Shown: positions 57,501 through 64,000 of the stretch, piece by piece | How the letters are laid out: every line of letters begins with the position of its first letter | Position numbering within the stretch: position 1 is the stretch's first letter | IMG/VR virus record: IMGVR_UViG_3300027563_000599 | Length of the DNA: 64,000 nt | Direction: 5' to 3' (one strand) | DNA from: an uncultured virus (IMG/VR IMGVR_UViG_3300027563_000599) | Taxonomy: Duplodnaviria; Heunggongvirae; Uroviricota; Caudoviricetes | Made by a program: the position numbers and the translations under genes | Notes under the pieces: generated by a model | Told to the model about the DNA's origin: nothing | The model's input: the letters and a program-made list of their open reading frames with translations, nothing else | Databases searched by the model: none

Positions 57501-58356
57501 TATAAAAGTTCTACACCTAGAGCCCACTGATGTGTGCCAAGCGGCCTGCGCTTTGTGTGCTCGCGAAACAGATCAAAATTTTAGAAAAGATCTTCAACAT
57601 CATCTTTCAATGAGTCAAATCATCAAGGTATTTGGCCAAGAAAAAATCCAACAACTGGACAAAATGTTCATGTGTGGAGTGTATGGTGATCCTGCTGCTG
57701 GCAAGTACACATTGGACATCTATAGAGAATTCCGAAAACTTAACCCCAACATTGTGTTGGGCATGAACTCCAATGGCAGCATACAAAGCACAATTTGGTG
57801 GCATGAACTGGGCACAATGTTCAATCAATCCCAAGACTATGTGGTATTTTCAATTGATGGTCTCGAAAGTACCAATCATGTGTATCGTAAAAATGTCTCT
57901 TGGACCAAGCTCATGCAAAACGCACAAGCGTTTATTGCAGCCGGAGGTTCTGCACACTGGGACATGTTGGTTTATCGACACAATCAACACCAAGTGGATG
58001 AATGTGAGCAGTTGGCACGAGACATGGGGTTTACATGGTTTAGAGCCAAGGTCAGTCGACGAGGATTTACAGATAACCTAGAACAGCCCATTGGTTGGCA
58101 GCTGCCAAACGTGCAAGGCACAAAAATAAACTGTCATGCACTCAATGAACAAAGTACATATATCGATGCACAGGGTCGAGAAAGTCCGTGCTGTTGGTTG
58201 GGGTCAAGACAAAAAGATTTTGTAACAGACTTTGAAGAAGTCAAGAACTCCTGGACCAGCATTCAACCCAATATTGTTTGCATGGATGCTTGTGGTACTA
58301 CCGATATTGAGACTAGTTTTAGCAAGCAATGGCAACGAGCAGTAGAATTATGTTAG
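57484..58356 (+). CDS. Radical SAM protein with C-terminal SPASM/twitch-like domain
   Basis: CQAACALC, GVYGDP, SNGS, FSIDG; C...YIDAQGRESPCC...CMDAC. Confidence 0.9.
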   Translation: MLTLRDIKVLHLEPTDVCQAACALCARETDQNFRKDLQHHLSMSQIIKVFGQEKIQQLDKMFMCGVYGDPAAGKYTLDIYREFRKLNPNIVLGMNSNGSIQSTIWWHELGTMFNQSQDYVVFSIDGLESTNHVYRKNVSWTKLMQNAQAFIAAGGSAHWDMLVYRHNQHQVDECEQLARDMGFTWFRAKVSRRGFTDNLEQPIGWQLPNVQGTKINCHALNEQSTYIDAQGRESPCCWLGSRQKDFVTDFEEVKNSWTSIQPNIVCMDACGTTDIETSFSKQWQRAVELC

Positions 58357-59360
58357 CAACTTGGCATTTTCATATTGAGATTTCCAGCAAGTGTACCTTG
58401 CGGTGCCCCCGGTGTTCTCGGCAGGAAGTGCCCAACGGCCTTGTCAACACAGAACTAGATTTGGAATTTTTCAAACGTAACTTTACTCCAGAGTTTGTAC
58501 AAACACATATAGAGAAAATTACATTTTGTGGCGACGACGGCGATCCCATCTATGCACATGACTTGATCCCGGTTATAGAATACATCAAAAGCATCAAGCC
58601 GGTAGAGATTGTGATCGTGACCAATGGCTCACATAAGAAAGTTCAATGGTGGACACAGTTGGGCCAACTGTTAGACTCCAATGACAGTGTACATTTCAGC
58701 ATCGACGGGTATGATAACGACAGTAATAACATATATCGCATCAACAGTGATTACGACAGTATCATTTTAGGACTAAAAACATTGCGAGCCACAAGTGATT
58801 GCAAAATTATCTGGGCCGCGATTGCATTCAAGTTCAACGAAGAACACTTGGACACTATGAAAGCGTTTGCACACACTGTGGGAGTTGATCGATTTCAATT
58901 GACCAAGAGCACCAAGTTTGGCAGTGTGTATCCATCCTACGGGGTCAGCGATCCACTACAACCCAGTGTAAAATACATCAGCAGTACACATCGCTTTGAA
59001 CGTGAGTTCACTGCCTTGACACCACGGGACAAAGTGGAATCAATTTCCACTACCAACATTAAATTATTCAATCAAATTAAAAGCAGCAACGGCATTACTC
59101 CGTTGTGCATGATAGGCAACAAAGGCTTGTACATTGATGCCCGCGGTAGGTTATTTCCCTGCTGTTGGGTAGCAAATAGATACAGCCACAATTCAGACTG
59201 GCAGCAACTGGCAAACAATTTTGATCTACATAAAAAAACTTTAACAACTGTGCTGGCAGACACATTTTGGTCTACAGAATTTCAAACATTTAAATGGCAG
59301 GAATGCCAGACCAAGTGCAAGAGTTCAGTGGTAGATAAAAATTATGCAACTGCCTGGTGA
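58350..59360 (+). CDS. Radical SAM protein with C-terminal SPASM/twitch-like domain
   Basis: CTLRCPRC, GDDGDP, TNGS, FSIDG; C...YIDARGRLFPCC...CQTKC; start could also be 58329. Confidence 0.9.
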   Translation: MLATWHFHIEISSKCTLRCPRCSRQEVPNGLVNTELDLEFFKRNFTPEFVQTHIEKITFCGDDGDPIYAHDLIPVIEYIKSIKPVEIVIVTNGSHKKVQWWTQLGQLLDSNDSVHFSIDGYDNDSNNIYRINSDYDSIILGLKTLRATSDCKIIWAAIAFKFNEEHLDTMKAFAHTVGVDRFQLTKSTKFGSVYPSYGVSDPLQPSVKYISSTHRFEREFTALTPRDKVESISTTNIKLFNQIKSSNGITPLCMIGNKGLYIDARGRLFPCCWVANRYSHNSDWQQLANNFDLHKKTLTTVLADTFWSTEFQTFKWQECQTKCKSSVVDKNYATAW

Positions 59361-59377
59361 TCCGATAACTATGTTAC

Positions 59378-59806
59378 ATGACATGGTTCTACAACAATCA
59401 ACTGATAGAAACTCTACCCGACGATTGTGTGGGCTTTGTCTATTTGATTACAAATAATCTTTCTGGACGCAAGTACATAGGCAAAAAATTAGCAAAATTT
59501 AGTAAAACAACGCAACGCACTGTCAAACTTAAAAACGGCACAAAGAAGAAGAAAAAGATACGATCAAAGGTCGACTCAGACTGGAGAGAGTACTATGGGT
59601 CAAGCCCAGAATTGACTTCGGACATCGAAAAACTAGGCACCGAAAACTTCACCAGAGAAATACTTTACTATTGCAAATCCAAAAGCGAATGCAGTTACAT
59701 TGAGGCACGGGAACAATTTGCAAGACAAGTATTAGAATCACGAGATTATTACAACGGCCATATACAAGTGCGTGTACATGGCTCACACATTATAAACAAA
59801 CTGTAA
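59378..59806 (+). CDS. Short GIY-YIG-family nuclease-like protein
   Basis: GFVYLITN...RKYIGKK, YYGSS, F.REIL, E, YYNGHI; Lys-rich insertion; GATAACTA late-like box ends 6 nt upstream. Confidence 0.8.
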   Translation: MTWFYNNQLIETLPDDCVGFVYLITNNLSGRKYIGKKLAKFSKTTQRTVKLKNGTKKKKKIRSKVDSDWREYYGSSPELTSDIEKLGTENFTREILYYCKSKSECSYIEAREQFARQVLESRDYYNGHIQVRVHGSHIINKL

Positions 59807-59809
59807 GGC

Positions 59810-60094
59810 AGCATTAACGACACTGTGTTGGGTGACATGGCCCAACCCCATTGAGGATATGTGAGATACCATATTCAGATTCTTGGGCGTCAAAGGCAAT
59901 TGCTAACTTAAGGCAACAAATGGTTTGGGCTCCGTTGAAAAAGATACGACCCATGCTTATAGGACTTGGATCTACATCGGGTTACTAGGGTTCCGTTGAT
60001 ATGTGAAGCTTGAGTAGGGGGTACCGGTCAACCGCCTCCGCGCAGGAAACTGCAATCTCATTATGATAGATGACTGGGCTACTCAGATAATGCT
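59810..60094 (+). ncRNA. Candidate structured non-coding RNA (unassigned family)
   Basis: ORF-free; closed by AGCATTA(59810-16)/TAATGCT(60088-94); nested helices including TGAGTAG/CTACTCA and a GCAG-GAAA-CTGC GNRA hairpin; many G-U pairs on the plus strand. Confidence 0.6.
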
Positions 60095-60104
60095 AGGCTC
60101 ATCG

Positions 60105-60124
60105 TTCACCGTGCTTACGGTGAA
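60105..60124. other. Perfect 8-bp hairpin TTCACCGT-GCTT-ACGGTGAA (possible 3' processing or termination element)
   Basis: Inverted repeat between convergent transcription units. Confidence 0.55.
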
Positions 60125-60215
60125 TTATGACCAGTTAATCTAGATAATACTTAAAGAAGAAGACAAAGAAAAAATTGACGAGCAGAGCGAAGTCAATAGA
60201 ACTTCGCAGAAGTTC

Positions 60216-60758
60216 TTAAATGGTTACGCCAAGTTCTTGCAGTTTAGCAACAAAGAATGATTGGCCTTGAGAAACAGATTGTTGCCATGAGGTATGAGCA
60301 GAGTGATCTGCTTGATCAGTGATGTACTTGAAACAACGAAATTCAATACGATTACGCAGACAGACTTTGGCAATGGCATAGGCTTCCATGTCTACTAGAT
60401 CTGCAGGAATGTCTAGCTCTGGGTTCATCACAAAGTCATCGCCGGTGCTGCAGGTGAGTCCTGCTGTGCCAGTGGTTAAGATAATATCATCTTCAAATGG
60501 TGTTTGGCCATTGCTGCATCCTAGCCCCAGGCATCGGATATCACGTTGTACAAAATGACTGCATTCATGTAGTCCGGGCCCAACTGTTATGCCACCCGCT
60601 GTGCCAAGATTGATCACACGATCGGGTTGATATCGTTCAATCACCTGCGCCGCAGTCATGGCAGCATTTACTTTGCCAACTCCGGTATAAAACACATTCA
60701 TCATGTGCCGTAGACCCGGAGCTTCAGCCTGCAAGGCAATTAAAACTATGGTTTTCAT
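60216..60758 (-). CDS. mtnN: 5'-methylthioadenosine/S-adenosylhomocysteine nucleosidase (PNP_UDP_1 family)
   Basis: ALQAE, TGVGKVNAA, INLGTAGG, STGDDF, VDMEAYAIA, KYITDQAD. Confidence 0.85.
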   Translation of the reverse strand: MKTIVLIALQAEAPGLRHMMNVFYTGVGKVNAAMTAAQVIERYQPDRVINLGTAGGITVGPGLHECSHFVQRDIRCLGLGCSNGQTPFEDDIILTTGTAGLTCSTGDDFVMNPELDIPADLVDMEAYAIAKVCLRNRIEFRCFKYITDQADHSAHTSWQQSVSQGQSFFVAKLQELGVTI

Positions 60759-61090
60759 TCAAAAGTGTCGGGCCAGTCACGGAACAGGGCATGTTGAATA
60801 TCACCACTGACAAACTGATTGAAGCTCTTGTGTTTGACTTCCAGTTCGCCTTCCAACGGTGCTACACGTTTAAATGCTGAGTCCATTTGACCCATATCTT
60901 TAAATTCCATAAGTATCATCCATTCTGGCATATCTGCAATTGAACGAAACCCCATCTTGCATCTAGTGATGCGATAGTTTTCCATCTTGCCCTCAGATAC
61001 CAAATGATCAAAAAAACTCCGCATCCCTGTGACCCAGTCAATATCAGAAATGTCACCTTCTTTGTTTGCCCAAATTGTATAAATGTCCAT
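60755..61090 (-). CDS. Hypothetical protein (dimeric alpha/beta-barrel-like; recalled similarity to DUF6614)
   Basis: YRITRCKMGF...PEWMILMEFKDMGQMDSAF; coupled in the operon. Confidence 0.5.
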   Translation of the reverse strand: MDIYTIWANKEGDISDIDWVTGMRSFFDHLVSEGKMENYRITRCKMGFRSIADMPEWMILMEFKDMGQMDSAFKRVAPLEGELEVKHKSFNQFVSGDIQHALFRDWPDTFE

Positions 61091-61092
61091 AA

Positions 61093-61527
61093 TTACTCCA
61101 GTGGTCCTAGTATTTCAAAGCCATCCATGTCAGACTTGTATAGATGTGCCTGTTCAAGATACAAGTATCTAAATCCGCGATCTTTGTAAATTGCACACTC
61201 TGCTTGTAGTGTTTCGATACCCAATCTCATTTTGGGTCTATTATAATTCCATGCAAACTGATCACACAAGGCATTGTGATCGTCGTAGCGCCGTATCAGT
61301 GAAAATGCCACCAAACGATCCACATCGTAGTAGCCGATCACATCGGTCATTGGGTCTGTGTATCTGCTGTCAAATATCGGCATCACCGATGCAAAGTGCT
61401 TGTATTTGCAGTAGTCTCGATAGATCAGATTCAGCTCAGCAATGTTGGGTGTGCGCAGATACTCCCACTTGACATTGATTTTGTAATTGGTCTTAGCTAA
61501 ATCAATTCTAGCAAACTGGTAGCTCAT
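61093..61527 (-). CDS. GNAT-like protein resembling the C-terminal domain of arginyl/leucyl-tRNA-protein transferases (ATE_C/Bpt)
   Basis: GYYD..RLVAFS...W.Y..P...LG......E....K..G..YLYL.....YK....GFE. Confidence 0.55.
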   Translation of the reverse strand: MSYQFARIDLAKTNYKINVKWEYLRTPNIAELNLIYRDYCKYKHFASVMPIFDSRYTDPMTDVIGYYDVDRLVAFSLIRRYDDHNALCDQFAWNYNRPKMRLGIETLQAECAIYKDRGFRYLYLEQAHLYKSDMDGFEILGPLE

Positions 61528-62027
61528 GTTCTGGGATCCTGTCTGTGCTGAAACAGGCCGGTTAGATATTCTTCAGGCCAGTCATGATAAAATCCTCGGC
61601 TGGCCATGAGTCGAGCCTTGGTGTTTAGATCACTGAGACTCTGCACCAGAGCCAAGGCATAAGTGCCTTGATTCATGCATACTCCGTTGACCATTTCCAC
61701 ATCTGCAGGATGGTCTTCCAAGGCCAACATGTCTCTAGGCAGCAGAACTTCTTGGTTTGCCAGTTCAATGCTACCAGCCAGCTGTTCATGCGTCCATTCT
61801 TGAGGATCATACACATAGATGACAACTTCTTTATCGCCCATGCCCTGTCGGCCACGGTGTTTAAGATCATAATAAGGATCTGCACCAAGATACACTGCAT
61901 AACTGTTCTTTATTCGTGCTGACCGTGCGTAGGGACAAGGCGAAAAGCCCCCCAGGGCTGGATGCGGAACTTCTAGGAAGTTTGCAATCCACAGTTCTAT
62001 ATCTTTTTTAACTTGTTCGATATCCAT
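61524..62027 (-). CDS. Hypothetical protein (DUF1415-like)
   Basis: WI..FLE.P......PCPYAR.A, LEDHP, GFYHDW. Confidence 0.5.
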   Translation of the reverse strand: MDIEQVKKDIELWIANFLEVPHPALGGFSPCPYARSARIKNSYAVYLGADPYYDLKHRGRQGMGDKEVVIYVYDPQEWTHEQLAGSIELANQEVLLPRDMLALEDHPADVEMVNGVCMNQGTYALALVQSLSDLNTKARLMASRGFYHDWPEEYLTGLFQHRQDPRT

Positions 62028-62036
62028 GGTTGATTT

Positions 62037-62273
62037 TTAGAAAAACGGTAGTCCTGATTTTTTAGTAGTTTCTAAATTGTCTTTGATAATGTCAGACACT
62101 GAATTACGCTCTTCATAGCTGAGATTTAGTGCAGCTTCATATGATAGGCCACCGCGCATGTACCATACCATTTTTAACGCCTCTTGTTTGATGGACTTGC
62201 TTTCTTTGTCTAACTGATCAACCCATTTGGAAATTTGATCAGAATCCAGCACTAGGAGGCGTCCGCGAAAAAA
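62037..62273 (-). CDS. gp51-like baseplate/tail assembly chaperone segment, probably expressed by -1 frameshift from the upstream gene
   Basis: WYMRGGLSYEAALNLSYEER; its frame overlaps the 3' end of the gp26-like ORF at T-TTT-TTC. Confidence 0.6.
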   Translation of the reverse strand, partial: FFRGRLLVLDSDQISKWVDQLDKESKSIKQEALKMVWYMRGGLSYEAALNLSYEERNSVSDIIKDNLETTKKSGLPFF

Positions 62274-63088
62274 CTTGTCATGTCCAATGTAATGGCCTGT
62301 AGATATTCTTTGGTGCATTCTGCACACTGCAAGGTCACCGGTTGTAGTTCAGCATTGGCCTTGGCTTCCACAATGTGATCACGTATCTTGGCAAACAGTC
62401 TTCGATCGCAATTTTTCAACATGTCTTCAATGAACTCACGTTCGGTCACAAGTGCAGCAGGTGTTTTGACAGCCTTGATGCTTTGTCCCAAAACATTCAC
62501 AGTGATTTCTGTAATTTTCATCAATGCTGCACTCAATGCACTCATACGTTGATCATCGGGCATGTCTGCGCCCGGTAAGACCTGTAGAATTTTTTGTTCT
62601 TCAAACTGGCGTAGATTATTGGCATTGAGGTCTTGGTAAGTCATGGGCTTGAAAAAGATTTCAAGATCGCCGTCAGTTATTGGCTGTGAGTAATCTGGTG
62701 CTCGCATGTTTTCTAGCACTCTTCTTAGATCCAGTCCGTAGTCTGCTTCGTGACTGCAATTTGGACATCTGGTTGAAATTTCCATGTTGTGTCCGTAACT
62801 GGCAATGCGAATTGCAACCAATATAGTGTCAACATCCACAGCAGGTATAGCCCATGGGTCTCGAATGGCAGGAATACAACTTTTGATAACATTGACAACA
62901 GCATTGCCGTTAAACAATGCATCGGGTGTGCGATAGGTAATTTCGTCAATTGCAGTCATTGGATACACCGGCAATTCTCTCGTAGGTGGCATGGCCAATG
63001 CACCATCAGGATAATATTTTCCGTCGCTGGGCAGACGGATATACACCGCTGGCTGTCTGAAATACTGTGTTAATGGGTTATTTTGCAT
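62252..63088 (-). CDS. gp26: Baseplate hub assembly protein/tail assembly chaperone, T4 gp26-like
   Basis: YIRLPSDG, VYPMTAIDE, DVDTILVAIRIASYG, CPNC...CAEC, ends ...FF; start moved to the ATG at 63088 (AGGA Shine-Dalgarno). Confidence 0.75.
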   Translation of the reverse strand: MQNNPLTQYFRQPAVYIRLPSDGKYYPDGALAMPPTRELPVYPMTAIDEITYRTPDALFNGNAVVNVIKSCIPAIRDPWAIPAVDVDTILVAIRIASYGHNMEISTRCPNCSHEADYGLDLRRVLENMRAPDYSQPITDGDLEIFFKPMTYQDLNANNLRQFEEQKILQVLPGADMPDDQRMSALSAALMKITEITVNVLGQSIKAVKTPAALVTEREFIEDMLKNCDRRLFAKIRDHIVEAKANAELQPVTLQCAECTKEYLQAITLDMTSFFADAS

Positions 63089-63100
63089 GTGGTTTTCCTG

Positions 63101-63108
63101 TATAAATA
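63101..63108 (+). promoter_or_regulatory. T4-type late promoter TATAAATA
   Basis: Exact consensus ending 5 nt before the ATG at 63114. Confidence 0.7.
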
Positions 63109-63113
63109 TAGTT

Positions 63114-64000
63114 ATGGCAAATGCATACACCCCAGAAGAAATCGCAGAACTCAAAGCACGAGAAGCAGATGAGATAAAACGCTTTGGTAAAGCCACAGTC
63201 GAAACCAGAATGGCTCTGATAGACATGGCTGTGGGTGCCAAAGGCGCCACAGCCGCAATGACCAAAGGATTCAATAGTCTAGGTACATCGGCACTGGGTC
63301 TTACCAAACAACTGTACGACGGGGAAGTTGGCGCCAGTGTGTTCAACAAAAGCATTGGCGGTGTCACTGACGCATTGGGCGATCTAGTTGGATTGATTCC
63401 TTATGTGGGCGGCGCTCTTAAAACACTGGTAAAGGGTGCCAGTGAGTACACACAAGCTGTAAACAAACAAGCAGATTTACTATACAGTAATTATCAACGC
63501 ATGTCCGAAATGGGTGCTGCTGGCGCCAAAGGCATGCAAGGAGTTTATGATAATTTAAAACGCATGAACTACGGTACTGAAGAACTGGACAAGTTTGTTA
63601 GTATTGTTAAAGAAAATTCTCAGACGCTGGCACATTTTGGTGGCACAGCAACCCAAGGACTTGATCAAATTTCCAGTGTGGCACAAGCCATACAGCAGAG
63701 TAATCTTGGGACAGAATTCCGCAACATGGGTATCAGTGTTGACGAAATCAACAAAGGTATTGCTGGTTTTACAAAAATGCAATCTCTCTACGGCACACGC
63801 CAGAGAATGACTTCTGAAGAACAGGCCGCAGCAGCTTCTAATTACATTAGAGAAATAGACTTGCTGGCCAAAATTACTGGCAAAAATAGAGAACAGCAAC
63901 AGGCGCTGGAAGAAAGCGCCATGGCAGAAGAACGTTTTGCTGGCTACAGACAAGAATTAAAAAAACGTGCAGAAATGGGTGACCTTGCTGCCGCAGAACA
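63114..64000 (+). CDS. Probable tape-measure protein, 5' part (runs off the window; absent from ORF track)
   Basis: Manual translation MANAYTPEEIAELKAREADEIKRFGKA...LLAKITGKNREQQQ..., open to the window end; helical, Ala/Gly/Gln-rich; adjacent to the chaperone gene. Confidence 0.7.
   Translation, partial: MANAYTPEEIAELKAREADEIKRFGKATVETRMALIDMAVGAKGATAAMTKGFNSLGTSALGLTKQLYDGEVGASVFNKSIGGVTDALGDLVGLIPYVGGALKTLVKGASEYTQAVNKQADLLYSNYQRMSEMGAAGAKGMQGVYDNLKRMNYGTEELDKFVSIVKENSQTLAHFGGTATQGLDQISSVAQAIQQSNLGTEFRNMGISVDEINKGIAGFTKMQSLYGTRQRMTSEEQAAAASNYIREIDLLAKITGKNREQQQALEESAMAEERFAGYRQELKKRAEMGDLAAAE

Noticed and set aside
59378..59806. Mobile homing endonuclease / intron-encoded ORF
   Set aside because: Lacks C-terminal DNA-binding modules and does not interrupt a gene; not called a mobile element
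59810..60216. tRNA, tmRNA, RNase P, SRP RNA, or group I/II intron identity for the non-coding element
   Set aside because: No cloverleaf or T-loop with CCA end, no GAGGAAAGUCC, no SRP GGAA/AGCAG motif, no recognisable P7 or domain V, and no interrupted host gene
63089..63367. N-terminal 93-aa extension of the gp26-like ORF in the ORF track
   Set aside because: Overlaps the late promoter and the tape-measure-like ORF on the other strand; ATG 63088 has a Shine-Dalgarno and begins the conserved domain
1..64000. Alternative genetic code (stop-codon reassignment)
   Set aside because: Coding density is near complete under code 11, a 14.5-kb ORF is intact, and TAA, TGA and TAG all end genes at sensible positions

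Overview
A 64-kb segment of a large T4-like (contractile-tailed, myovirus-type) bacteriophage genome, read in the standard bacterial code. No tRNA, rRNA, CRISPR array, integrase or transposase was seen. (1) 1-20.3 kb: a dense accessory modification locus with seven radical-SAM/SPASM-type enzymes, a NodU/CmcH carbamoyltransferase, an amidinotransferase, six glycosyltransferase-like ORFs, two SGNH-fold ORFs and unknowns. (2) 20.3-50.9 kb, minus strand: tail fibre and baseplate genes (a 4,822-aa giant protein; gp6-, gp25-, gp5-, gp53-like and hub/tube-cap proteins) behind NATAAATA late promoters, with an acidic repeat shared by two baseplate proteins. (3) 51-59.8 kb, plus strand: gp55-like late sigma factor, gp47/gp46 recombination nuclease interleaved with more modification genes, two further radical-SAM genes and a short GIY-YIG protein. 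The GIY-YIG gene is followed immediately by a ~285-nt apparently highly structured non-coding element, a candidate novel ncRNA. (4) 60.2-64 kb: an MTA/SAH nucleosidase plus aminoacyl-transferase-like operon, a gp26/gp51-like pair joined by a -1 slippery site, and the 5' part of a probable tape-measure gene. All family assignments come from motif recognition by eye; no database search or folding program was run.
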